A stretch of 34,789 nt of DNA from Natrialbaceae archaeon B1-Br10_E2g27 (lineage in GTDB: Archaea > Halobacteriota > Halobacteria > Halobacteriales > Natrialbaceae). The translations under genes were made by a program, and so were the position numbers. The stretch is from contig LKMM01000001.1 in NCBI GenBank assembly GCA_001563885.1, forward strand, positions 1-34,789, given 5' to 3'. Positions 1 to 8,135 of this stretch are shown here, piece after piece. The notes beneath the pieces are model-generated. The model was not told the DNA's origin. It searched no databases and saw only the letters and a program-made list of their open reading frames with translations. The first letter of the stretch is position 1; every line of letters begins with the position of its first letter.

Positions 1-200
1 GTGACTTCCTCCCCACCCTACTCGCTCACCGCTGACGCGGTTCGCTCCTTGAGGGTGGGGCTTCCTGCTTCAACGACGCACTTTGCAGACACCGAATCGG
101 TGTCCGTAGGGAGCGCAGTCTCCACAGGCGTTGATTCGGGACAGCCCGTCCCTACTTGTTCGAGACCGCGAGAAAGGATGTTCCACGACGCATTCGCGTC
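1..200 (-). ncRNA. putative omegaRNA/sotRNA scaffold overlapping the tnpB 3' end (5' boundary approximate)
   Basis: TnpB omegaRNAs are known to overlap the gene 3' end and IS right end. A 9-bp stem is seen (11-19 with 52-60). The guide segment would lie outside the window. Confidence 0.55.
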
Positions 201-1247
201 TCTGTCCGCCTTGAACCCACACGACGGACACGAATGCTCGCGTACCCACAACGGCTTGTCCGTCTCGACGCCACATGACGCGCACTCTTTGGTCGTGCCT
301 CGGGGGTCCACGGCGACGAAGTGCGTCCCTTCCCGTTCGCACTTGTATTCGAGCATCCGCAGGAACGTCCCCCACGAGGCTCCGGCCCGATTCCGAGAGT
401 TGCCGGGCAGTTCGACTAATCCCTTCGCGTCCAAGTCCTCGACCGCTACAAGGTCGTACTCACGGGCGTAGTACGCCGAGAGTTTGTGCAAGAAGTCCCG
501 ACGCTTGCGCTTCAGGTCAGCGTGGCGTCGAGCGACCGTCTTGCGCTGTTCCTCCCAATTGTTCGAGCCGTGTTCCTTCCGCGAGAGGTTACGTTGAGCG
601 CGGTCTAACCGATCGCGTTCGTCGGAAAGATCAGGCGACTCGACGGCAGTCCCGTCGCTGTCGTGGACGTATTTTAGGATACCCACGTCGATACCAACAG
701 CGTCAGTCACCTCGTCGGGCTTCTCGGGCGGGTCGTCGGGAGTTTCGACGCCAAGGATGGCGTACCACTTGCCGGTGGGTTCGCGTTTGACCGTGACGGT
801 CTTGATGGTGGCGTCGTCGGGCAGGTCGCGGTGGAAAGCGATGGGAATGTCACCAATCTTCGAGAGCCACAATCGGGTCCGACCACTCGTGTTTTTGAGT
901 TTGAAGCCGGACTGACTGTAGGTGAACGATTGGTACTCGCCCGGTGCTTTCCACTTCAACTCCCCGACGCTGTAGCCGTTCTGCTTCCGGCCGTTGAGCG
1001 TCGAGAGGTTGTCATACAACCGCTGGACGGCTTTCTGCAACACCTTCGAGTGAACGTCTCGCAGGTCAGTCCACCGATCTTTCAGGTCCGGCAGACGCTT
1101 CTGCTCGGAGTACGATGACGTATCGTCGTGGTGGTTAAGACGGTGGAGGAAATGATTGTAGGCCTGCCTACAGGTATCGACAGTCCACGCTAATTGCTCG
1201 CGGAGGTCGTCAGACGGGTTTAGCCGATACCTGTAGTTGTAGTTCAT
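18..1247 (-). CDS. tnpB: RNA-guided endonuclease TnpB
   Basis: N-terminal YRYRLNP; RuvC-I GIDVG; RuvC-II VEDL; Zn finger CASCG...CPSCG; RuvC-III DRDANAS. The D-E-D triad is intact. Confidence 0.96.
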   Translation of the reverse strand: MNYNYRYRLNPSDDLREQLAWTVDTCRQAYNHFLHRLNHHDDTSSYSEQKRLPDLKDRWTDLRDVHSKVLQKAVQRLYDNLSTLNGRKQNGYSVGELKWKAPGEYQSFTYSQSGFKLKNTSGRTRLWLSKIGDIPIAFHRDLPDDATIKTVTVKREPTGKWYAILGVETPDDPPEKPDEVTDAVGIDVGILKYVHDSDGTAVESPDLSDERDRLDRAQRNLSRKEHGSNNWEEQRKTVARRHADLKRKRRDFLHKLSAYYAREYDLVAVEDLDAKGLVELPGNSRNRAGASWGTFLRMLEYKCEREGTHFVAVDPRGTTKECASCGVETDKPLWVREHSCPSCGFKADRDANASWNILSRGLEQVGTGCPESTPVETALPTDTDSVSAKCVVEAGSPTLKERTASAVSE

Positions 1248-1391
1248 CTATTCGTCGTCGGGATCAGAAGTACGGACGACTTTCACATCCGCGCCACGCC
1301 AGCGTTTCGGGACGTAGACGTGAGCGCCGTTGCCGGTAGCTTTCACGTCGCCGTCCACGACTTCGTGGCCGTTGATTGTGAACTGTTCCAT
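1248..1391 (-). CDS. DUF2080-family transposon-associated small protein (47 aa; not in ORF track)
   Basis: Manual translation MEQFTINGHEVVDGDVKATGNGAHVYVPKRWRGADVKVVRTSDPDDE*. Its stop TAG abuts the tnpB ATG; GNGAHVYVPKRW is the family-like motif; TATA-like TTTATTA lies about 27-33 nt upstream. Confidence 0.9.
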   Translation of the reverse strand: MEQFTINGHEVVDGDVKATGNGAHVYVPKRWRGADVKVVRTSDPDDE

Positions 1392-1395
1392 GTAC

Positions 1396-1424
1396 AATGT
1401 AGATACATTATCCGGACTAATAAA
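1396..1424 (-). promoter_or_regulatory. promoter of the DUF2080-tnpB operon with a palindromic candidate operator
   Basis: TATA-like element at 1418-1424; AATGTA-GA-TACATT palindrome at 1396-1409, between the TATA box and the ATG. Confidence 0.55.
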
Positions 1425-1494
1425 CGTGTCGGTGGGCCTGTGGGTCGGTCGTTGCAGGGTGTATGTGAGACGATGACGGCGCTGTATCCCCGCC

Positions 1495-1562
1495 CTACTG
1501 CGTCCTCAGAAATCGGAGATTTCTGATGTGCGAACGAGAGCGAAGCTCTCGTTAACGCTACT
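1495..1562. repeat. short double-hairpin palindromic insertion flanked by CTACT direct repeats
   Basis: tcagaaatc-gga-gatttctga (1506-1526); aacgagagc-gaa-gctctcgtt (1533-1553); CTACT at 1495-1499 and 1558-1562. Confidence 0.75.
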
Positions 1563-1800
1563 CGGTCGCTTCGCTCCCTGCGTTGCTCCTTGAGGACGGG
1601 GCCTTAGCGCCTGATTTTAGGTAAAAAACGTTTACGGCTTGGGTCCCAACTAGACGTATGGAGAATCGATTCGAGGCGCAACTGATTTTCGGTGGTCTCG
1701 ATAGTCCAGCGGACTGTCGAAACGATGACGGCCGACAGCGTGTACAGGTTCCTCCTCAGCGTCAGCCAGGCGTTGCTCCCTGCCGACTCCCTGCCCGGCT

Positions 1801-2958
1801 ATGACCGACAGAACACCACTGGAACCAGCCGCGTCGGGCCACCTCGAGACAGCCACGCCCGAACTTCCGGCGGAGGATCTCTGTCGTTTTTTCGATCTGA
1901 GCCCGATCGGCACCGCCGTTATCGATCAGACGAGGACCATCGTCTACGTGAACGAACGGGCGACCGAAATCCACGACGCGCCAGCCGACGAACTCTGTGG
2001 CAACTATTTCATCCCACCGGAGATGGATATCTATTATGAGGATGGGACGCCAGTTCCAGCCGAGGCACACCCGGTAAACCGTGTCTTCGAGACCGGTAAG
2101 CCGGTGTATGGATACAAACACCGACTCGAGAATAGCTCTGGCGCTGACAGGTGGTTCTCAGGAAACGTCTCGCCAGTCTCTGGTAAGGATGGTGAGATCG
2201 AATACGTAGTCGTCTGTTTCGAGGATATAACTGATCTCAAGCGTCGAACGAAACGGCTGACGAGCGATCAGGTACGACTGGTCGAGTTTCGAACCGACGA
2301 ATCTGCGGTTCCGTCGTCGCTTCACACCGAAACGGGTGAGATTCGGATCGAAATCGAGTCGGTCGTCTCAGTGTCGGACGGAACGACCGTGCAGTATATG
2401 CGAACCGACGACCTCCCTGCAGCAGCGTTTGTCGCCGCGGTTGAGGAAGTTCCACACATCGTCGACGTACGGTTGCTGAGTACGATCGACGGAATCACGC
2501 GGATCGAGGCCAAAGGCCAATCCCCGACAGCCTCCGACGGCGATAATCCCGGGACGGTCTCGGAGGTGTTTGCGGCCCTCGGCGGCTGTCCTCGCGCGAT
2601 CGTCGTCACGAACGACGAGGTTCGGTTTCTTGGAGAGTTACCCGGTGATGTCGACCCGCAAATAGCCACACAGGGGATCGCACAGTTTCATTCTGGGACT
2701 AGCCTCTGTTCTGAGCAACTCGCTTACTCGCCGCACTTGCTGTACGATATCGTCTCAGATGCACTGACCGACCGACAGTTCGCCGCACTCGAGGCTGCGT
2801 ACTACGGTGGATACTTCGAGACACCACGTGCAAGTACCGGTGACGAACTCGCAGAGCGCTTCGATGTCACGCGCCAGACGTTCAATCAGCATCTCCGGAA
2901 AGCCCAACAGACCGTCTTTCGTCACCTCTTCGAAAAGTCCGGTGCGGACGAACACTGA
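1801..2958 (+). CDS. PAS-domain, bacterio-opsin activator-like (HTH-10) transcriptional regulator
   Basis: PAS/PAC segment (IVYVNERA...W..GNVSPV...VVCFEDITD); C-terminal LTDRQFAALEAAYYGGYFETPR...QHLRKAQ is the HTH-10 signature. Confidence 0.9.
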   Translation: MTDRTPLEPAASGHLETATPELPAEDLCRFFDLSPIGTAVIDQTRTIVYVNERATEIHDAPADELCGNYFIPPEMDIYYEDGTPVPAEAHPVNRVFETGKPVYGYKHRLENSSGADRWFSGNVSPVSGKDGEIEYVVVCFEDITDLKRRTKRLTSDQVRLVEFRTDESAVPSSLHTETGEIRIEIESVVSVSDGTTVQYMRTDDLPAAAFVAAVEEVPHIVDVRLLSTIDGITRIEAKGQSPTASDGDNPGTVSEVFAALGGCPRAIVVTNDEVRFLGELPGDVDPQIATQGIAQFHSGTSLCSEQLAYSPHLLYDIVSDALTDRQFAALEAAYYGGYFETPRASTGDELAERFDVTRQTFNQHLRKAQQTVFRHLFEKSGADEH

Positions 2959-3003
2959 CAGGTCAGCACCGCCGCTTAGAACGCTCACTCACATACCCCG
3001 GAT

Positions 3004-3327
3004 ATGGTTACTGACTCGGCAGAATCGGACGTACAGTTCGAAACGGCCGCGGACACGACGTACGATCCGCTCACGGAAACGGCACAAACGACGTTCGACG
3101 GAGGGACCGACTCGGTCGTCGTCGCGGTCGTCGAGGCCGTCGCCACCGTTACCGGAAGCGAGGTTACCGCCATGCCGCCGTTGTTCGCCTCCGTCGACCC
3201 GGAAGCGTTGAGCAGCCTCGTCGAACGCCCTCGAGGCCGGGCCGTCACCGTCTCGTTTTTCTACGAAGGGTGTCGGGTCACCGTCTCGGGTGATGGGGAC
3301 GTTACGGCCGAACTGACAGAGCAGTGA
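3004..3327 (+). CDS. HalOD1 output domain protein
   Basis: AVVEAVA...PPLFASVDPEALSSL...VSFFYEGCRVTV pattern typical of HalOD1. Confidence 0.88.
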   Translation: MVTDSAESDVQFETAADTTYDPLTETAQTTFDGGTDSVVVAVVEAVATVTGSEVTAMPPLFASVDPEALSSLVERPRGRAVTVSFFYEGCRVTVSGDGDVTAELTEQ

Positions 3328-3382
3328 TCGAACTTCGTCTCGAGTGCTGATCAAGGCGGCCCATCATCTGGCATGCCGCCGG

Positions 3383-4489
3383 TTAATCGAGGGTGATCCA
3401 CTCGCCACGATCGTCGCTTTCTTCGATCGCCGTTAACATGTGCTGTACAGCGAGGCCATCGTCGAAACTGGGGGTGAACGTACCGCCGTCAGCGACAGCA
3501 GAGAGAAATTCGTAGTTTTCGTGGACGAAGGTGTGCTCCCAGCCGATAACGTGACCTGGCGGCCACCAGTGATCGATGTAAGGATCGTCGGCATCGGTAA
3601 CGAGCACCGTCTCGTATCCTCTATCTCCGAGTACCTCGAGTTCGTTCAACCGCTCGAGTGAGAAGCGAAGACTCCCGTTTGAACCGTGGATTTCGATGGT
3701 ATGATCGTTTTTGTGACCCGTCGCGAACCGAGAGGCTTCGACGGTCCCCATCGCGCCGTTTTCGAACGCGAGTTGTGCGGAGTAGGCGTCGTCGACGGTG
3801 ACTGGCCGGTGTCCGTCCGCTGTGGGACGTTCGTCGACGAACGTCTGGAGGTGACCACTCACGCGTTCGATATCGCCTGCGAGGTCGTCGCTCCCGACGA
3901 GAAAGCGAAGCAAGTCGACGGTGTGTGCGCCGAGATCACCGAGTGCGCCCGAGCCGGCCAGCTCCGCGTCGTTGCGCCAGGACCACGGGGCCTCGGGGTC
4001 GACCAACCAATCCTGGAGGTATCGTCCGCGGACGTGGTGGATCTCGCCTATCTCGCCCGCCTCGAGCAGCCGTTTTGCATACTGGATCGCTGGCACGAAC
4101 CGATAATTAAACGCACAGCCGTTGGGAACTCCTGCCTCGCGGGCGGCATCTGCCATCTCGGTTGCGTCCTCGAGCGTCGGGGCTAATGGTTTCTCACAGA
4201 AGACGGGTGTACCGGCCTCGAGTGCTCCAATCGAGGGGTCTGCGTGGACGTGGTTCGGACCGAGATTATAAAACACGTCGACGTCGTCGACGACGTCCGC
4301 CCAGTCGGTTGCGACCGACTCGAAGCCGAGTCTGTCGGCTGCCGTTTCGAGGGCCGACTCGTCCCGGCCGACTAACACCGACCGTTCGACCGCCGGGGCG
4401 TCAGGAAAGAACATCGGCAGTCGGGCCAGTGCGTTTGCGTGTGCGGTCCCCATGAACCGATAGCCGAGTACGCCAACCTCGAGTGTCAT
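3383..4489 (-). CDS. Gfo/Idh/MocA-family NAD(P)-dependent oxidoreductase (start revised to MTLEVGVLG)
   Basis: Rossmann start VGVLGYRFMG; CEKPLA; GALGDLGAH. Confidence 0.92.
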   Translation of the reverse strand: MTLEVGVLGYRFMGTAHANALARLPMFFPDAPAVERSVLVGRDESALETAADRLGFESVATDWADVVDDVDVFYNLGPNHVHADPSIGALEAGTPVFCEKPLAPTLEDATEMADAAREAGVPNGCAFNYRFVPAIQYAKRLLEAGEIGEIHHVRGRYLQDWLVDPEAPWSWRNDAELAGSGALGDLGAHTVDLLRFLVGSDDLAGDIERVSGHLQTFVDERPTADGHRPVTVDDAYSAQLAFENGAMGTVEASRFATGHKNDHTIEIHGSNGSLRFSLERLNELEVLGDRGYETVLVTDADDPYIDHWWPPGHVIGWEHTFVHENYEFLSAVADGGTFTPSFDDGLAVQHMLTAIEESDDRGEWITLD

Positions 4490-4747
4490 ATTCGCACAAC
4501 CACGACTCCCATCGTTAATGTTGGGTTGGAAGCCGCCGTGGAACCGCAGACGGCGTGGTTGGGTATGATAACAGAAATTACCCTCGAGGCGGGTCGATCG
4601 TACGTCGTGGCGACCGAATCGGGTGTCGAAACCGAAATCGTTCGGCTGTTTCGTGGCTGATACTGCCGGACGTCCGTCGTGAATCGCCGCCCCGGAGACC
4701 ACACAGGTCCGTTCGATAGTACGAGACCGTTTGTGCGCCGGGATTTG

Positions 4748-5710
4748 TTACTCCGCCCAGTAAGCGCCACCGGGCGTTTCTTCGAAGACTGCACGCTGAA
4801 GACAGTCGATTGCCTTCTCTAGGCCTTCGATCGAACTGGTCAGCGAGTCCTCGTGTTCGATACTCAGGACGTCGTCGTAGCCGACCAGCCGCAACGTCGA
4901 GACGATATCTTTCCAGTGTAACTCGCCGTGGCCGTAACCGACCGATCTGAACAGCCACGATCGGTTCGGTTCGTCGTCGTAGGCCGTGGTGTCTAAGACG
5001 CCTTTGATTCGGGCCTGCTGCTCGTAGATTCGGGTATCTTTCGCGTGGACGTGATGGATGGAATCGCCGAGTTTGCGAATCGCGTCAGTAACCGAGATGC
5101 CTTGCCAGTACAGATGCGAGGGATCGAAGTTTGCGCCGACACGCTCGTTCGTCGCCTCCCGGAGTCGCAACAGGCCGGTCGGTTCATACACCAGCATGTT
5201 TGGGTGCATCTCGATCGCAAGGTCGACGCCGTGGTCTGCAGCGTGGGCGGCCAGATCCTCCCAGTAGCTGATCGTCTTCTCCCACTGGTAGGCTAGGGCC
5301 TCGGCGTGTTCGGGTGGCCAGGGTGCCGTAATCCAGTTCGGAGTGGTGTCTTCAGGTGCCCCTCCCGGGAGTCCCGAAAAACAGGTGACGGTCCCAACCT
5401 CGAGTTGGCCGGCCAACCGAACGGCCTCCCGAAGTTCGGTATCTGCCGTCTCGGCTGTTTGGTCGTCGGGATGGACCGGATTGTTGTGAGTCGCAAGCGC
5501 GCTAATTCGCATCTCGTGTTCATCCAGGACCGCTCGTAGCTCGGCCTGTCTATCCTCGTCATCGAGATACACTGCGCGCTCTATGTGGGTGTCGCCGGGA
5601 TAGCCGCCGACGCCCGGTTCGACCGCGTTGACGCCACGGTCTGTAAGAAACGCGAGTGCTTTTTCGAACGATCGATCGTACAACGGTGGGGTGTGAACGC
5701 CGATATCCAT
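4748..5710 (-). CDS. sugar phosphate isomerase/epimerase (IolE/xylose isomerase-like TIM barrel; start revised to MDIGVHT)
   Basis: Metal-binding motifs IEMHP, NFDPSH, HVHAKD, SIEHED. Confidence 0.92.
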   Translation of the reverse strand: MDIGVHTPPLYDRSFEKALAFLTDRGVNAVEPGVGGYPGDTHIERAVYLDDEDRQAELRAVLDEHEMRISALATHNNPVHPDDQTAETADTELREAVRLAGQLEVGTVTCFSGLPGGAPEDTTPNWITAPWPPEHAEALAYQWEKTISYWEDLAAHAADHGVDLAIEMHPNMLVYEPTGLLRLREATNERVGANFDPSHLYWQGISVTDAIRKLGDSIHHVHAKDTRIYEQQARIKGVLDTTAYDDEPNRSWLFRSVGYGHGELHWKDIVSTLRLVGYDDVLSIEHEDSLTSSIEGLEKAIDCLQRAVFEETPGGAYWAE

Positions 5711-5974
5711 GTGTCGTGTCTCCGTAAACGTGACCGGACTGGTTGCATGTCGATACAACGACTGCCCGTGGCGGTTCAACCACGTGGCGGTTTGTAATTG
5801 TGTGCCGGTCATCCGTTCTAGCTTAACAATAAACTGAGACGGTGATCACGCCGAAATTGCGTCGAGTCTGACCACGCTCATACCGGGATAGCTGCTGTTC
5901 CAACAAACCAGCCGGTCCTTGGTCATGTCCCCGCTCTAAGGCGGCGCACTCGTGCGGGACCGTCGCCACGTGGT

Positions 5975-6175
5975 TCACGGCGCACCTCCGTCGACGAGGT
6001 CACTGCGAAGACGAGTGTCGCAGTACGGACAGAAGTATCGCCGAGCACCGGGAACGAAGACGATCCGGATCGAGCGCCTACAGGACCGGTTCGGGCACTC
6101 GGCTTTCATCTCCACGGGATCGACCAGTCGCCGAGCAGGCCGGTCGTGACGCGCTCGAGCGGTCACCGTTCCCAC
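5975..6175 (-). CDS. putative small zinc-finger protein (start uncertain)
   Basis: CPNRSC...CPYC cysteine pairs, like haloarchaeal micro zinc-finger proteins. It is very Arg-rich, so it may be spurious. Confidence 0.45.
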   Translation of the reverse strand: MGTVTARARHDRPARRLVDPVEMKAECPNRSCRRSIRIVFVPGARRYFCPYCDTRLRSDLVDGGAP

Positions 6176-6304
6176 CTCCGCCAGGTGACCACCGGTGTCG
6201 GAGGAGACAAAACGATCGCGAGTTGCCTGACGACCGAAAAGCGACAGTATCCGGTGTAAACGCTACACTGGGTAGTCGTTAAGGCATAATAACAATTTGA
6301 TAAG

Positions 6305-6458
6305 TGCCCGGGGAGGGCTCCGAACCCTCGATCTCCGCATGTCCCAGGTTCGAGGCTCGGCAGAGTCCTCGTGGGGACACGGAGGCTTCCAAGGCGAAAC
6401 CGCACCGAATCTCTGAACCCTATGAGTGCGGCGCTATGTCCAGCTAAGCCACCCGGGC
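6305..6458 (-). tRNA. tRNA-Met(CAT), elongator, with 80-nt intron (6341-6420)
   Basis: Minus strand reads gcccggg tg gcttagctggacatagc g ccgca ctCATa [intron] a tgcgg agatc gaggg ttcggag ccctc cccgggc a. This gives a 74-nt mature cloverleaf without CCA; TATA-like TTAAAG at about 6485-6490. Confidence 0.95.
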
Positions 6459-6561
6459 TCAGTTTGTGGTAGTAGCGTCCGTTTCTTTAACCTTCCCATT
6501 CGACATCGCCGTGCAACGGGGACCCACGGATTTATCACATGGCCTTACGAACTACCGCGAC

Positions 6562-7629
6562 ATGAGCGTTCCCGGTATCGTCCAGTCTACTCTCGACGGC
6601 GAGGAGATCGCAGCTAACGTCTCTCTTGGCGGCGAGGACGTCCTTTTCATAACTCCGACACGAACACTCGTGTACCGATCTGAGGGGCTGTTGAGCGACG
6701 AATCCGTCGACGAATTCCCACACACCGCAGACCGTCTCACCCTCTCTGAAGGCAGGCGCAAAACCAAATTCTCCCTCGAGTACCCACTCGAGGGGACCAA
6801 AGAGTTCACCATCCCTGCGAGCAAGACCGACGTTGCACTCCATCCCGTACTCGCGGGTGTGCTTACTGGGAACGAAATCACCGATCCCGGTGAGACCGTT
6901 GTCCAGACCTACCGCTTTAGCGAACTCACGCTGATCGTGACCAGCGAACGACTGGTCAAACACATCGGCAACGCCGTCTGGGACGAGGAGTACGAGGAGT
7001 ACCACTTCAGTGACGTAACGAATCTCTCCTTCGAAGACGGCAGTGTTGCTACCCAGATCGTCCTCGAGGTCGACGGCCGACCAGAGCGTATCAAGGCACC
7101 GAACGACCGGGCCGACGACCTTCGGGAGCGGCTCAAACGCACACTGTTCGAGTACCACGAGGTTGGCTCGCTCGAGGAACTCAATGCCCTGGTCGAGGAC
7201 GAACCCGAAGACGACGAGACCAACACGATGGACTTCGGCGATGGCGTCGAGCCACTCGCTGCCAACCCACCCGAACCGGATACCTCGACGATTCTGGAGG
7301 GAGCAGACCCCGACGATCCCATCGTCTCGGACACCGAAAACGGCGGCCAGCAGGCGGAGACGGACGACCCCCTCGCCTCTACCAGCGGCCATTCCGTTGG
7401 GTCGCTCGAAGCCGACACCCAGTCGACAGACAGTGCCGAACCCGTCGAAACAGGCGACGTCTTCGAGCAAGCACACGGGGAAAGCGACTCGAGGGAGTCC
7501 GCTGCCGATCCGGAACTGCTCGAGCGACTCGAGGGCCTCGAAGCGGCAGTCGAACGGCAATCGACGCTGATCGAAGCCCAACAGGAGACGATCGACCAGC
7601 TCATCGAGGAACTCAGACGCGGTCGTTAG
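6562..7629 (+). CDS. conserved haloarchaeal protein (DUF7115-like; two PH-like repeats, acidic linker, C-terminal coiled coil); start revised to MSVPGIV
   Basis: Long acidic ORF; TTTATC about 26-31 nt upstream of ATG 6562. The longer listed start overlaps the tRNA promoter. Confidence 0.85.
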   Translation: MSVPGIVQSTLDGEEIAANVSLGGEDVLFITPTRTLVYRSEGLLSDESVDEFPHTADRLTLSEGRRKTKFSLEYPLEGTKEFTIPASKTDVALHPVLAGVLTGNEITDPGETVVQTYRFSELTLIVTSERLVKHIGNAVWDEEYEEYHFSDVTNLSFEDGSVATQIVLEVDGRPERIKAPNDRADDLRERLKRTLFEYHEVGSLEELNALVEDEPEDDETNTMDFGDGVEPLAANPPEPDTSTILEGADPDDPIVSDTENGGQQAETDDPLASTSGHSVGSLEADTQSTDSAEPVETGDVFEQAHGESDSRESAADPELLERLEGLEAAVERQSTLIEAQQETIDQLIEELRRGR

Positions 7630-8048
7630 CCCTCACGGCCGGTTACCTTTCGGATACACGACGAGCCAAACGGGCCGAGTTCTCCGCCCTCGAGGTCAAT
7701 AAAGTATCCAGTCGAAAGCGGCGAGCCACAGCGTCTGCAGGTAAACTCGCCGGTTTTGGTGAATACGTCCCGGTCGAAACTGACATACTGGCGGCTCTGT
7801 GGACGGATAATGCCATCCTCGCGTTCGATAATACCTCGAAGTTCGGCTTCGTCAAGAATCGTCCGAGTGACGATGGGGTCTGTAGTCACCGTTTCGATCC
7901 GGTCGATAACCTCAGGAAGTGTGAGCGATTCGTGTTCGAGGCGTTCGAGCAACGCGAGTCCGAGGTGGATACGGTCGTCGGTAGGGCGGGCGTCACGGCT
8001 TGTGATCCTGTCGTCACCGGACTCGACCCTTGAATCGTCGTCGCCCAT
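7626..8048 (-). CDS. DUF5830-like protein (wHTH-like region plus Cys motif)
   Basis: CRRCGSPLSTGYF...GPFGSSCIRKVTGRE. Confidence 0.8.
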   Translation of the reverse strand: MGDDDSRVESGDDRITSRDARPTDDRIHLGLALLERLEHESLTLPEVIDRIETVTTDPIVTRTILDEAELRGIIEREDGIIRPQSRQYVSFDRDVFTKTGEFTCRRCGSPLSTGYFIDLEGGELGPFGSSCIRKVTGREG

Positions 8049-8135
8049 CGAATTGTGCTGTCGTGGCGCGTCGAATAAACGTTGTTGTCCGACCGAGACA
8101 CAAAAGCTACCTCACTCGAGTAGAAACTGCGATCG

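Larger units (their letters stand above)
1..1620 (-). mobile_element. IS200/IS605-family element, tnpB-only (IS1341-like), non-autonomous
   Basis: Contains tnpB and a DUF2080-like gene but no tnpA. Two similar subterminal hairpins lie in the same orientation (ccccaccctact...ctccttgagggtgggg at 11-60; ccccgccctact...ctccttgaggacgggg at about 1488-1601). The minus strand ends in TCAC at position 1, like the TCAA/TCAC right ends of this family, and TTAC lies just outside the inferred left end (1621-1624). The left boundary is inferred. Confidence 0.85.

Noticed and set aside
3355-3380. ggcggc...gccgcc hairpin between convergent genes
   Set aside because: A 6-bp GC stem is expected by chance at this GC content and has no T-tract.
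1630-6330. Integrated island bounded by the tRNA-Met 3' end
   Set aside because: No integrase and no duplicate of the tRNA 3' end seen in the window.
6163-6561. ORFs or extended starts overlapping tRNA-Met
   Set aside because: They are shadows of the tRNA gene and its promoter.
6535-7604. Long antisense ORFs (also at 23410-24384, 17145-17930, 21611-22372)
   Set aside because: Typical high-GC antisense shadows of real genes.
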